A stretch of 64,000 nt of DNA from Dehalococcoidia bacterium (GTDB taxonomy: Bacteria > Chloroflexota > Dehalococcoidia > Bin125): NCBI GenBank assembly GCA_963662615.2, contig CAXXSR010000001.1, positions 352,001-416,000 on the forward strand, given 5' to 3'. Made by a program: the position numbers and the translations under genes. Under the pieces are notes generated by a model. It saw only the letters and a list, made by a program, of their open reading frames with translations, was not told the DNA's origin and did no database searches. Shown here piece after piece: positions 40,910-51,654 of this stretch (positions within the stretch are counted from its first letter, which is position 1; each line of letters opens with the position of its first letter).

Positions 40910-42127
40910 ATGAATCGAAAGCAGATAGGGGCGGTGCTGGCAGTGGCGGTGCTGGCAGTGGCGGCCCTGGTGGCAGCAGGCTCGGGTAGCGCCGTTGTCG
41001 GCGTGGGCTGGGGAGGCGAGTCGAGCGCGGGCCGAGGCTCCGAGAGCGTGGGGACGGCGATCCTCGCAGACGCCGTGCCTGGGACGGCCGATCCCGGAAC
41101 GCGCGAGGCCGGCTCTGCGGGCATCCCCGTCTCGCCCGGCCCTGGACCGCACGCCGCTGTTCCCGCCGGCGCCGCAACGACCCACGTCACCGGAGGCAGC
41201 GACGCCGTCGCAGTCGAGTTGCGTGCAGGCTTCAATCTCGTGAGCTGGCTGGGCGGAGACGCCGTGGCCGTGACGGAAGCGGTCGCGGCGCTCGGCGACT
41301 CGCTGGAAGCGCTGTTCTTGTGGGACGCGGAAGCGCAAGCGTTCCTGACCTACGCGCCGTCCCTCCCGGCGGCGCTCAATACGGCCGAGACGCTGAGCTT
41401 CGGCGATGCCGTGTGGATCAGGGTCAACGAGCCGGTCACCTGGTTATCCGTTGCGCCGGCGCTGAGCTGCGCGTCACCCCTTGCGGCCGGCACGATCCCG
41501 TTCGAGGACGCGGAGGTCTTCATTGAGTTCAACTCGACCGACGAGGATGTCGGTTTCCATGGCACCTTCGACTTTGGCGGTTGGACGACCGCCGTCATCT
41601 GCGGTCCCGACGGCGCCCCACTCGTGACCGTCCGCGCCGACGGTGGAACCGAACGGCACGGCTTGTCTGAATTGTTCTTCGAGGGAGCCGAACCGCCCCT
41701 CGACGTCCAGTCGCTGGACGAGTTCCTGGCGCGGTTCCCGGCCGGCGATTACCTCGTGCTCGGCGAGACGGTTGACGGCGACGCGCTCCAGAGCGAGGTC
41801 ACCTTCACGCACGACATCCCTGCCGCGCCCGTCATCCTCTCCCCGGCTGAGGAGGAGGAACTGGCGCTTGACGCGGTTGTGATCGCCTGGGAGCCGGTGA
41901 CGGGCGTGGAGATCGACAGTTATGAGGTCTTCGTCGCGCCCGCCGAGGGCGAAGGAGAGCCGGCACTCGACATCGATCTGGAGCTCACGCTTCCGCCGAG
42001 TGTCACGCAGGTTCGGATCCCGGCGGAGCTGCTGGCGCCAGGCACCGTCTACGAGTTCGAGGTGTTGGCCGTGGAGGAGAGTGGAAACAAGACCATCTCC
42101 GCAGGGGAGTTCGTCACTGCGCCCTAG
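40910..42127 (+). CDS. Secreted protein: unnamed surface module plus beta-sandwich/FN3-like C-terminus
   Basis: Signal peptide MNRKQIGAVLAVAV; LRAGFNLVSW module; YEFEVLAVEESGN at C-terminus. Confidence 0.7.
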   Translation: MNRKQIGAVLAVAVLAVAALVAAGSGSAVVGVGWGGESSAGRGSESVGTAILADAVPGTADPGTREAGSAGIPVSPGPGPHAAVPAGAATTHVTGGSDAVAVELRAGFNLVSWLGGDAVAVTEAVAALGDSLEALFLWDAEAQAFLTYAPSLPAALNTAETLSFGDAVWIRVNEPVTWLSVAPALSCASPLAAGTIPFEDAEVFIEFNSTDEDVGFHGTFDFGGWTTAVICGPDGAPLVTVRADGGTERHGLSELFFEGAEPPLDVQSLDEFLARFPAGDYLVLGETVDGDALQSEVTFTHDIPAAPVILSPAEEEELALDAVVIAWEPVTGVEIDSYEVFVAPAEGEGEPALDIDLELTLPPSVTQVRIPAELLAPGTVYEFEVLAVEESGNKTISAGEFVTAP

Positions 42128-42353
42128 CCCTGACGCTGGTGCAGCGGCTGGATTCCTGCCGCTTTGACTGACCCGGCCCCCAAGAACTGATCCACCCAGA
42201 CGGCGAGGAGTTCGGGGATCGGGAAGGGAGCAGGCGGGGCACGCAAGCGGTACACGGCCGAGGAGATCACCAGCAACCGCCGCCGACGCCCGAGTCGGTG
42301 ATCGCGGGCAGCGAGGGAAGCCGCGATCGCCTCGCATCGACAGCATTTCCGCC

Positions 42354-42427
42354 GGATTCCCTCAGTGGTTGGGGCGGCTCCGCCGTCGGCCCGAGGCGCT
42401 GACGGGCCGAGCGGTTTTCCAGACCGC
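42354..42427 (-). pseudogene. Pseudo-tRNA-Ser fragment (anticodon arm reading GGA, variable arm, substituted T arm)
   Basis: Aligns with tRNA-Ser(TGA) and with its downstream repeats; no acceptor stem. Confidence 0.75.
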
Positions 42428-42896
42428 TCTCCCCCATGCCGCTGTGTCTTGCTGCGTGCCGCGCCGTCCCATTCCCATCTGGTCCAGAGGGGCCCGCAAC
42501 CCGTGCAGTGCCGCCGCGTCGCGGGGAGTGCCGATCAGTTGATCGGCAATTGATCGGCAATTCAGCATGGCGGCACTTCGCAGGCGGGCGCGTACGGCGC
42601 CGCGGAGCCACCACAGCCGACGACGCCGAGCCGATCTCTCTCGGGATTTTCCCGATGGAGTCGCATGAGCTGATCGCGCACGATTGTGGGGCGGGAAACG
42701 CCAGGAAAGCCGGCCGGCGAGCGTCTCTCGTAGGGACGGATCGCAGAGCCAAGCCGACGGCTGGCTCAGCACGAATGGCGGCGCGCCGTAGCGCGGCCTC
42801 TTGCAGCCTCACGAAGAATGCGCAGGGACTATGACGCTTACGTCGACAAGTGAGCGGGCAAGTGGCCCCGGCGCTGGGAATCGTGCAATCGCGGTG

Positions 42897-45056
42897 ATGA
42901 AACTCGCCCTCGTCGTTGGAATAGGGCTCACCGTTACCGTGGTTCTCGCCGCATGCGGCGGCGATGGCGGCGCCGAGACCGTCGCCGCGCGGCCAGCGGG
43001 AGTCACAGCCGAGCAGCCGCAAGCGCCGGATGAGCGCGCGGGGGACGACGCAAGTGCGGTTCAGGACGCGTCTCCCGAGGCACGAGCACTGCCACCCGAG
43101 ACGGACTCGACCGCGCCCCTCCAGCTGTCCCCAGAGATGATCTTTTCTGAAGTCTCGCCGTCGATCGCGTTCATTGAGACGCCCAGCGGCACGGGAAGCG
43201 GCATCCTCATTGGAGACGGTCAGATCGTGACCAACGCACACGTCGTGTGGCCGTTCGATCACGTCCGCGTGTTTTTTCCCAATGGGGAGGATTTCCCAAC
43301 TGCGCGGGTCACCGGCCTCGATCTGATGGCGGACATCGCGACGATTGAGGTGTCCCCGAGCGCGGAGCTGCAACCCCTTGCTATCGGATCGCCCGACGAA
43401 TTGGCGATCGGCTCGCAGCTGCTCCTTATCGGCTATCCAGGGGAGACCGAACTGAATCCTCGGCCCACCATCACGACCGGCGTGTTGTCACGCTTTCGCA
43501 GGTGGGAAGATCTGGATCTGACGTACGTGCAAACCGACGCTGCGATCGCAGGAGGGCAAAGTGGAGGAGCGCTTGTGTCCCCAACAGGGGAAGTCGTCGG
43601 CATGTCTACGTTTGCGTTTGCCGGTGGCACATTCGCCCTCTCAACATCCATGCCGGATGTCCTCCGCAGAGTCCAAGATCTCGATCGCGGTGTCGATGTC
43701 GCTGAGCTTGGGGATCGACGCTTTCGCCTGGGCGAAAGCGGAACGGCAATAACGGTCGAACTCGCGCACTACTTCGACCAACGCACGTTCGTCCTGGAAG
43801 CGTCACCAGGGTCAACGACTACGGTCAGCGTTGAGAGCCTCAACGACGCGTGGATAGCAGTAGATCTGGTAGGCGGGTTTAACGTGGCGACCGTTGACGA
43901 GACGACGTCAGGGACTGAACAGATCGAAGTCCTCGTGGAGTTCGCTGAGCCGTATCTGATCACGATCGGCCAGAACAGCGTCTCCCCCGCAGAGATCGCG
44001 CTCACATCCGACAGACCGCTCGCTGCGCTGCGCGATCCCGACGACGGCTTGCTGCTTCGTCCAGGCACTGTCGTGCGGGGAAATCTCGAACATCCCTGGG
44101 ATGTGGACTACTTCTTTATCGATCTTGCCGCCGGCCAAGAGCTCACCGCGACAGTCGATACAGCGAATTTCGACCCAATCGCCGTCATCGATCTTCCGAG
44201 TAATGTAAGTGAGAGATTCCTGGCCGCGGACGATGACAGCGGTGGTGGCCTTTTTGGCTTGAACGCGCGGGTGGCTTACACCGTTTCGGCGCCGGGAAGA
44301 TACGTCCTGACCGTGGAAGATGTGGAGAAGCTTTCCAATGGGGGCTACATCCTCACGATCGAAGTGGAGTCGCAGCGGGCGGGACCGTCGAGGCCGTCTG
44401 GTGAACGGATCCGCGTTTTCGACCTGCGTGCCGGCGACTGTTTCAACACGCAGAACCGGCCCCTCCTAATATCCGGCGACGTTTACAGGGTGCATGTCAC
44501 TTCATGTGCTGGGGAGTGGCAAGCGCAAGTCCTCGATATCTTCACGGTTTCTCTCACGGGTTCGTACCCGGCGGAGGCGTACTTCGATGAACAGGTCCTG
44601 GAGCACTGCGCGACCGGGACCACCTTCTGGCTCATCCCGACCGTGGAGAGTTGGTCCGCTGGTGATCGAGCGGTCACGTGCATTCTTGAGGCCGACGCCT
44701 TCTTTGCTCCCGAGCCTGGTCAATGCGTTGCCACGGGCGATCTGGGCGGCGTGCTGCCGGAGGATGTCGTCACGTGCTCCAATCCCCACTTCGCCGAGGT
44801 GTTCCACACATTTGATCATCCCGGATCGAGTTACCCGGGTGATGCAGCTATGCGGGACCTGGCGACCAGAGAGTGCTTGAGTGCGTTTAACGGCTACGTC
44901 GGAATCGACTACGAGAACTCAGTGTTTTACGAGTACGATCTTTCCCCGACGGCCGCTACCTGGAAATTGGCGGGAGATCGCACCATCGTCTGCTATTTGG
45001 GCTCAGACAATCTCGATGAGCTGCTCGTCGGGGGGGCGCGAGGATCCAACCGGTAA
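42897..45056 (+). CDS. Lipoprotein trypsin-like (S1) serine protease with PPC-like and two septum-formation-like domains
   Basis: VLAAC lipobox; TNAHVV, DIA, GGQSGG triad; DDDSGG PPC-like motif; GDCFN...PT..SW..GDR..C repeated twice; start may be 42831. Confidence 0.82.
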   Translation: MKLALVVGIGLTVTVVLAACGGDGGAETVAARPAGVTAEQPQAPDERAGDDASAVQDASPEARALPPETDSTAPLQLSPEMIFSEVSPSIAFIETPSGTGSGILIGDGQIVTNAHVVWPFDHVRVFFPNGEDFPTARVTGLDLMADIATIEVSPSAELQPLAIGSPDELAIGSQLLLIGYPGETELNPRPTITTGVLSRFRRWEDLDLTYVQTDAAIAGGQSGGALVSPTGEVVGMSTFAFAGGTFALSTSMPDVLRRVQDLDRGVDVAELGDRRFRLGESGTAITVELAHYFDQRTFVLEASPGSTTTVSVESLNDAWIAVDLVGGFNVATVDETTSGTEQIEVLVEFAEPYLITIGQNSVSPAEIALTSDRPLAALRDPDDGLLLRPGTVVRGNLEHPWDVDYFFIDLAAGQELTATVDTANFDPIAVIDLPSNVSERFLAADDDSGGGLFGLNARVAYTVSAPGRYVLTVEDVEKLSNGGYILTIEVESQRAGPSRPSGERIRVFDLRAGDCFNTQNRPLLISGDVYRVHVTSCAGEWQAQVLDIFTVSLTGSYPAEAYFDEQVLEHCATGTTFWLIPTVESWSAGDRAVTCILEADAFFAPEPGQCVATGDLGGVLPEDVVTCSNPHFAEVFHTFDHPGSSYPGDAAMRDLATRECLSAFNGYVGIDYENSVFYEYDLSPTAATWKLAGDRTIVCYLGSDNLDELLVGGARGSNR

Positions 45057-45229
45057 GTTCTTTGAGGGTGGCCGGATCATGCGCGTGGGCGAGAGAGGCT
45101 GTCAAGAGACGAGAAAGGTCTGGGGCGTCGAGGGCCGCGCGGAAGCCGCATGAGGAAGTTGCAGGAGGTGGGACCCAGGGCAGATTGACGGTCAGCTAGG
45201 TACCGTCGGCGCAGTCGGCCGCGGCGATG

Positions 45230-45639
45230 TGGTGGAGGGGGAGGGATTCCCTCTGTGGTGGGGGCGGCTCCGCCGCAGGCCCGGGGCCCCTGCGGACCGA
45301 GCGCCATTCCGAAAGAAGCAGCCAAGAGCGCCGCGAGCGGCGGCCCGAGGCGCCGGAGTCGTGAGTTGGCGGAGGGGGTGGGATTCCCTCAGTGGTTGGG
45401 GCGGCTCCGCCGCAGGCCCGAGACCCTGACGGGCCAAGCCCATTCCGAAAGAAGCAGCCAAGAGCGCCGCGAAGGGCGGCCCGAGGCGCAGGAGTCGTGG
45501 GCTGGCGGAGGGGGTGGGATTCCCTCAGTGGTTGGGGCGGCTCCGCCGCAGGCCCGAGACCCTGACGGGCCAAGCGCCATTCCGAAAGAAGCAGCCAAGA
45601 GCGCCGCGAGCGGCGGCCCGAGGCGCAGGAGTCGTGGGC
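45230..45639 (-). repeat. Three ~137-bp tRNA-Ser-derived tandem repeats downstream of tRNA-Ser(TGA)
   Basis: TGG(C/T)GGAGGGGG..GGATTC recurs at 45230, 45367, 45503 and 45640. Confidence 0.92.
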
Positions 45640-45729
45640 TGGCGGAGGGGGTGGGATTCGAACCCACGAGACCCTGACGGGCCTAGCGGTTTTCAAGACC
45701 GCCGCATTCAACCACTCTGCCACCCCTCC
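45640..45729 (-). tRNA. tRNA-Ser(TGA)
   Basis: Reverse complement GGAGGGG...GCGGT-CT-TGA-AA-ACCGC, long variable arm, GGTTCGAATCC, CCCCTCC-G-CCA. Confidence 0.95.
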
Positions 45730-45870
45730 AACGATTTATTCTCTCGGATTGACCATTCTCCCGGACTGGCCATTCTCCAGCATTGGCAATTGTCCGGCAT
45801 TCGCGCCCGATGGGGCAGAAGCGGGGGTGCGTGCGTGGATCGTGTTGACCCCGGCGCTCGCGGGAAGGGG

Positions 45871-46236
45871 CTAGTGCCCGGGCAGCCTCATCACGCGGTC
45901 CCGTTCGGGCTCGCTTTCGTCGACGGTGCGCCTCCCAGCGTCCTCGACGATGACCGCGCGGAACAGCCGGAGCTGGGGCGGACCCTCGAGGATGCCCGCG
46001 AGCGAGGCCTGGGCATGCCCTTTGACGAACGCTTTGCTCTGTGTCCAGGCGAGGAACGCGTCACGGTCGCGCCAGACGCTATGGCTGATGTACTCCCCGG
46101 CGCTGTCGCTGCGCAGCAGCGCGAACCGCACGAAGCCAGGGACGTCTCGCAAGTACGATTCGCGCTCCTTCCAGATCCGCTCGAAGTCCCCTTCGCGATC
46201 CTTGGCAACGTGGAACTGGTTCATGGCCACGAACAT
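45871..46236 (-). CDS. Antibiotic biosynthesis monooxygenase (IsdG/HmoA-like) family protein
   Basis: MFVAMNQF, FERIWKER, PGFVRF, WTQSKAFVKGH. Confidence 0.85.
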   Translation of the reverse strand: MFVAMNQFHVAKDREGDFERIWKERESYLRDVPGFVRFALLRSDSAGEYISHSVWRDRDAFLAWTQSKAFVKGHAQASLAGILEGPPQLRLFRAVIVEDAGRRTVDESEPERDRVMRLPGH

Positions 46237-46413
46237 CGGCGCTCCTTCGCTCACTCCAAGCAGCTCTCAAGGCCAATCAAGTCGTCGAATCCAGATCGGC
46301 TGAAGAGGCGAGCATGAGGATAGGGGATTCATGTGGCCCCCGACCGGCGCGGGCGCGGCCGCCTGCGCGAATAGCTTCGCCGCGCCCCAAGACTCTGCCG
46401 CCCAGGCTGCCCG

Positions 46414-46644
46414 CTAATGAGCAGCCAGCACCGCCTGCCGGCTCGCCTGGACAAAACGGCGCAGGGCGATGACCGACCAGATCGCCTCGATCACCGTGAT
46501 GGGATAGACCTCCGCAAGGCCGCTATAGACGGCGGTCGCCACGGATGCGCCAGCGAAGATCAGAATGAACCAGCGAGAGCGGTCCTCCAGCCAATATGCC
46601 GCGACCATGATGGAGACTGCAATGGAGCCGAAGACGGTGAGCAT
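46414..46644 (-). CDS. Small three-TM membrane protein
   Basis: Hydrophobic 76-aa ORF; TACACT box upstream. Confidence 0.7.
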   Translation of the reverse strand: MLTVFGSIAVSIMVAAYWLEDRSRWFILIFAGASVATAVYSGLAEVYPITVIEAIWSVIALRRFVQASRQAVLAAH

Positions 46645-46775
46645 GATACGAGGAGTGTAACCAGGCTCTTTGGCCCCCCGCCTTGGCCCTTATCTGTGGA
46701 GCGGCTCGACCAGAGCGCCTGCGGCAATGAGGGGCCGGCGCGGCGCGGCGGCGCTGCGGCGCTGCGAGACGACGA

Positions 46776-49700
46776 TCAGGGGAGTGCGCACACGTCCTGC
46801 CCGGCTTCGATCTGCTTGATGAGGTTCTCCACGTAGGTCTCCAGCACGTCCGCGACCTCCGCAGGCAATCGGTTGCCGGACTGCCGCTGAATGTATGCCA
46901 CCAGACTCTCAAGTGTCTTCAAGCCGCGCCGAGCATCTCCGTCGACGCAAATCAGGCCCGTAGCATCCGCGGTGAGTCTCAGAATGCCAGCTCGAACTGA
47001 TCCATTCACGTCTCCCAGTGCATCATCGACGAAGGGTACGAAATCCGGCAGGGTGTCGCGGCAGCCGTCGCCATTGGCGTCGAAACCATCCGTAGAGGCC
47101 AGCGGGCAGCGGTCGGCGAGATCCTCCACACCATCGTTGTCGTCGTCCGGGTCAACACAGTCGGCGAGCCCGTCGCCGTCGTTGTCAGGCGACAGGCTGG
47201 TGTTGTCCAGTGGGTCGGAGCCGCACGCCACCTCATCGGCGTCGGACTGACCGTCGTTGTCATCGTCCGGGTCAGCGTTGTTGCCGATGCCATCGGCGTC
47301 GGTGTCGGTGTTCTCATTGGGGTCGAAGGGGAAGGCATCGTTGACGTCTGGGGTGCCGTCGTTGTCGTCGTCCGAATCGCAGACGTCACCGAGGGCGTCG
47401 CCGTCGAAGTTGGCTTGGGTCGGGTTCGGAGTAAGCGGGCAGTTGTCGAATCCGTCGAGCGAGCCGTCGGCATCAACATCCGGGTTGAGGGGGTCAAACC
47501 CGCAGACCGCCGCGCCCCCATCAAGGGGTGGGGGGAACAGGCAGATGCTGTGGGCCACTTCGTAGCCGTCTGGGAGCCCGTCCCCGTCGCTGTCGGGATT
47601 GGTGGGGTCGGTCCCGTGGAGGAAGACCTCATCCCCGTCGGAGAGGCCGTCCATGTCGCTGTCGGGGTTGGTGGGGTCGGTGCCGTGGACGTTGACCTCC
47701 GCGCCGTCGAAGAGGCCGTCGAAGTCCGTATCGGGATCGAAGGGGTCGGTGCCCAGGGCCACCTCCGCGCCGTCCTCCAGACCGTCGGTGTCGGGGTTGA
47801 GGGGGTCGGTCAAGAAGAAGAAGACCTCGTCCCCGTCCTCCAGGCCGTCGCCGTCGGTGTCGGGATTGAAGGGGTCGGTGCCCAGGGCCACCTCTGCGCC
47901 GTCCTCCAGTTCGTCGAAGTCCGTATCGGGATCGAGGGGGTCGGTGCCGAGGGCCACCTCTGCGCCGTCCTCCAGTTCGTCGAAGTCCGTATCGGGATTG
48001 AAGGGGTCGGTGCCGTGAACGTTGAACTCGTCCCCGTCGCTGAGCCCGTCGCCGTCGCTGTCGCTGTCGGGGTTGAACGGATCGGTGTCGTGGACAAAGA
48101 GCTCCGCGTGGTCGCTGAGGCCGTCCCCGTCGGTGTCGCCATTGTTGGGGTCGGTGCCCAGGGCCACTTCCGCGCCGTCGAACAGGCCGTCGTGGTCCGT
48201 ATCGGGATGGAGGGGGTTGGTGCCCAGGGCCACCTCCGCGCCGTCCTCCAGGCCGTCGCCGTCGCTGTCGGGGTTGGTGGGGTCGGTGCCGTGGAGGAAG
48301 AGTTCCTCGCCGTCGCGGAGCCCGTCGCCGTCGCTGTCGGGGTTGCAAGGGTCGGTGCGAAGGCCGAACTCATCGACGTAGAAGAGCAGATCGCTGTCCA
48401 GGTCAGGAAAGGCGGCGTCCGAACTCAGGGGATTCAGGCATGGATGCACCGCCTCATAGCCGTCGGGAACCCCATCGGCGTCCGTGTCTGGGTCGAAAGG
48501 GTCCGTGCCGAAGGCGAACTCACGGCTGTCCGGGAGGCTGTCCCCGTCAGTATCGCTGTCGGGATTGAGGGGGTCCGTGCCGAAGACGAAGAGCTCGTCA
48601 CCGTCGGGGATGCCGTCGAAGTCGGTATCGGGACTGTGGGGGTTCGTGAAGTAGAACGCGAGCTCAGTGAGATCGCTGAGGCCGTCGCCGTCGGTGTCAC
48701 GGTTGAGGGGGTCCGTACCGCGGACGATCTCTTCAGAGTCGATCGAGGCAGGTCCAAAGGGAACAAGGCTGTCGCCGTCGCTGTCGAAGTTGAGCGGATC
48801 GGTGCCGTGGAGGAAGAACTCGTCGCCGTCAGAGAGGCTGTCGCCGTCGCTGTCGGGGTTGCAGGGGTGGGTGCCGAGAAAGAACTCGATCCTGTCGCCA
48901 ATGTCATCGAGATCCGCGTCGGCGGCGCCCGCGTTCGGGAAGAAGGGGTCAAGGCAGGGGTAGAACAGCTCATACGCGTCTGGGAGGCCATCGCCATCCG
49001 TGTCCACGAGCTCATCGCGGTCCGAGATGCCGTCGCCGTCGCTGTCGGGGTTCAGCGGAAGGCTGTCGGGGAAGTCGCCGAAGATGAAAATCTCATCGCC
49101 GTCGAAGAGGCCGTCGCCGTCGCTGTCGCGCTTGAGGGGGTCAGAGCCGAAGAGGACCTCTTGGCCGTCACCCAGGGCAGGCCCGATCCCGGGGGGCCCG
49201 GCGAAGCGAAACAGGACGCCGTCCCCGTCGGTGTCGGGGTTGAGCGGGTCGGTGCCGACAACGTTGACCTCCTCGCCGTCGGGGAGGTCGTCGAAGTCTG
49301 TATCGGGATTGAAGGGGTCGGTGCCGTGGACAAAGAGCTCCGCGTAGTCGCTGAGGTTGTCCCCGTCGGTGTCGCGATTGTTGGGGTCGGTGCCGGCCGC
49401 GGTCTCGCCGATGCCGTCGCTGAGCCCATCCCCGTCGGTGTCGGGATTGAGGGGGTTGGTGCCCAGGGCCACCTCCGCGCCGTCGAAGAGGCCATCGAAG
49501 TCCGTATCGGGGTTGAAGGGGTCGGTGCCCAGGGCCACCTCCGCGCCGTCCTCCAGGCCGTCGAAGTCGGTATCGGGGTTGGTGGGGTCGGTGCCGAAGA
49601 CGACGACTTCCTCGCCGTCGACGAGCGCGTCGAAGTCCGTATCGGGATTGAAGGGGTCGGTGCCGTAGACAGTGACCTCATCGGCGTCGCTGAGGCCGTC

Positions 49701-49805
49701 GCCGTCGGTGTCAACGAGTGCGTGGACGGTGGTGCCAGGGAGCCCTACGAGGAGCAGGGAAAGGATCAACGCCGCGGGAGCAACGAGCCCGAGTTTGATT
49801 CTCAT
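46776..49805 (-). CDS. Large secreted Ca-binding repeat protein (bacterial thrombospondin type 3-like repeats)
   Basis: Signal peptide; dozens of DTDxDGLxDGxE...GTDPxNP units; DNCP...GDVCD TSP3 motifs; helical C-terminal domain. Confidence 0.9.
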   Translation of the reverse strand: MRIKLGLVAPAALILSLLLVGLPGTTVHALVDTDGDGLSDADEVTVYGTDPFNPDTDFDALVDGEEVVVFGTDPTNPDTDFDGLEDGAEVALGTDPFNPDTDFDGLFDGAEVALGTNPLNPDTDGDGLSDGIGETAAGTDPNNRDTDGDNLSDYAELFVHGTDPFNPDTDFDDLPDGEEVNVVGTDPLNPDTDGDGVLFRFAGPPGIGPALGDGQEVLFGSDPLKRDSDGDGLFDGDEIFIFGDFPDSLPLNPDSDGDGISDRDELVDTDGDGLPDAYELFYPCLDPFFPNAGAADADLDDIGDRIEFFLGTHPCNPDSDGDSLSDGDEFFLHGTDPLNFDSDGDSLVPFGPASIDSEEIVRGTDPLNRDTDGDGLSDLTELAFYFTNPHSPDTDFDGIPDGDELFVFGTDPLNPDSDTDGDSLPDSREFAFGTDPFDPDTDADGVPDGYEAVHPCLNPLSSDAAFPDLDSDLLFYVDEFGLRTDPCNPDSDGDGLRDGEELFLHGTDPTNPDSDGDGLEDGAEVALGTNPLHPDTDHDGLFDGAEVALGTDPNNGDTDGDGLSDHAELFVHDTDPFNPDSDSDGDGLSDGDEFNVHGTDPFNPDTDFDELEDGAEVALGTDPLDPDTDFDELEDGAEVALGTDPFNPDTDGDGLEDGDEVFFFLTDPLNPDTDGLEDGAEVALGTDPFDPDTDFDGLFDGAEVNVHGTDPTNPDSDMDGLSDGDEVFLHGTDPTNPDSDGDGLPDGYEVAHSICLFPPPLDGGAAVCGFDPLNPDVDADGSLDGFDNCPLTPNPTQANFDGDALGDVCDSDDDNDGTPDVNDAFPFDPNENTDTDADGIGNNADPDDDNDGQSDADEVACGSDPLDNTSLSPDNDGDGLADCVDPDDDNDGVEDLADRCPLASTDGFDANGDGCRDTLPDFVPFVDDALGDVNGSVRAGILRLTADATGLICVDGDARRGLKTLESLVAYIQRQSGNRLPAEVADVLETYVENLIKQIEAGQDVCALP

Positions 49806-50837
49806 TTCACATCCCCCTGGAAACGGCAATGCGCGGCCCCCGACGCACCTATTGGAGATTGAGGCGTCGGAAGGTAGACTCCCCCAACAAGTTCCACGTG
49901 ACGCAGAGCGGATAAGTTGAACCAGCACCCTGATTCCCAGGGGAGGGATTCGAGGCGCCTACCTACCAAACCTGAGCGCCTGAGGTCATAGATCAGTGGG
50001 GCTACGCCATCGATCTTCCAGCGCTCTGGGGCCGCGACCTCGGTTCCGGTGGCAGCGGGCTGAATAATCGGTCTCGGCCGGCTCAAATGCCGTGTCCAGC
50101 CCATCATCATCCGCGAGCTGCATCAGGCTCTCCTTTGCGCGTTCGCCGGCCTCGGTAGTGGGCCGACTGACGGGTGCCCGCTGCGCTGCCGCCCTGTTGC
50201 GGAGGGCCCTGCATCCCGATAGACAAGGGTTCCGTCCATGTGTGACGACAGCAGGCGGCGCAGCGGTCGGACGATCGGCTGCCGCGCTTGGCGAGGATGC
50301 CGTCCCGCCTGGGCCGATCTATCCCCCTACGCCCAAATCCACATCGCGCACGTCGTAGCAGGACCGGCACAGGAACGCGCCCTCCAACGAGAGGAGAGCG
50401 GCCACCCAGCGCCAGCATCGCTGGCAGAACGTGCGATGTGGAGCGGGCAAAGGTGGCGCAGCCTGGCGCCGGAGTCCGTTGTCCAAGCTGGATTCTGACA
50501 TCGGGAGTCCTTCCCTGATGGGGCCTGCGCTGCGCGGCGGAACGCGATCGCTCAGGGTGCGTCCGTGGCAACACGAAACGGAACCCGGCCTCCTGGGGAC
50601 GCCTATTAGACCCGTCAGGGACAGGTGCGTTACGTCCTGAGGACGCCTTCTGTGGCTCACCGGGGCCGCATAACCGCTGCTCCGCCCATGCGCGATGGGG
50701 ACGATGCGATCAGCGGCGGGCGTTGCGACTGGTCGCTTCCAGATAAGAAGCGAATACGTGTTCTGATCCAGTAGCCATTGCCGGCAGCGAATCGGAGGGC
50801 CATGGCCGGCGCGCGCAGTCAGAGCAGACCGGCACGC

Positions 50838-51416
50838 TCACCGTTGCCGGCCCTCGATGGCCGCCAGCAGGATCGCAGCGGCCAACACCAGCCGCCGGTC
50901 CAGCGGACTTCTCTGTTCGATGGTCACGTCCAGCTTGTAGACGAACGGATTGAAGCGCTGTCGCAAGGTGGCGTGCAGCACGCCGTCGTCGCCCTTGACG
51001 TGGAACGTCTGGGGAATGAGGTTCGAGACGAAGCGCCGCAGGAGCGCCTTGAACTGACTGTCCTCCTGCACCCTGGCGAGGAGCCGGTCGTGCTCGTCCA
51101 GAAGCTCCCAGGAGTCGCGCAGGATCGATCGGAATCCCTTGCGGCGGGCCGTGCCGACCGCGGCCCCGGTGGAGACGTCGAGAATATCGTAGGCGGCCGA
51201 GAAGTCGATGATCTGCCGAGCATGAATCGCCAGCAATTCTTCGCTGGCCGACTCGTCGGTGTAGAGGCGGATGTCTTCCTTGAGCTTGAACGCCTTCTGC
51301 TTGCTGAACCCGACGACCCGGCCGGCCGGATCGTAGACCTGAAAGCTGGCCCCGAACAGCTTGAACACCTTGCGGCGAATCGTGAAGCGGTCCAAGCGGA
51401 ACGTGTCGGTCGCCAT
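50838..51416 (-). CDS. LURP-one/scramblase (tubby C-like) family protein
   Basis: KQKAFKLKEDIRLY, IIDFSAAYDI, DRRLVLAAAILL. Confidence 0.75.
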   Translation of the reverse strand: MATDTFRLDRFTIRRKVFKLFGASFQVYDPAGRVVGFSKQKAFKLKEDIRLYTDESASEELLAIHARQIIDFSAAYDILDVSTGAAVGTARRKGFRSILRDSWELLDEHDRLLARVQEDSQFKALLRRFVSNLIPQTFHVKGDDGVLHATLRQRFNPFVYKLDVTIEQRSPLDRRLVLAAAILLAAIEGRQR

Positions 51417-51654
51417 GGGCCTTACACCTCTGTCCAGGGGGCAATACCGTCTTCGACCGCCAGCTTGCCGCTCGTCACCTTCCCCACGGTAATGCTCCCA
51501 CGCCCCCGCGTCGCGCAGCGCGGGCCCGTCCGGCTTCCAGGCAGCGCAGGGTGCCACTCGCGAAGTGGTTTGAGAAGACTGCCGGTCCGATGCGCGTGGA
51601 AGTTCGGACAAGCGGGCTTTGATATCGGATCGCATTGCGACGACCCTGGCGCCC

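Noticed and set aside
45230-45639. Additional functional tRNA genes or a CRISPR array
   Set aside because: Units lack the 5' acceptor strand, D arm, anticodon arm and TTC loop; inter-unit sequence is conserved, not spacer-like
47415-49862. 815-aa Val/Gly-rich plus-strand ORF
   Set aside because: Antisense of the Asp-rich repeat gene; no signal peptide or RBS
49930-50830. Short ORFs in the long intergenic gap
   Set aside because: No recognisable motifs, RBS or consistent codon bias
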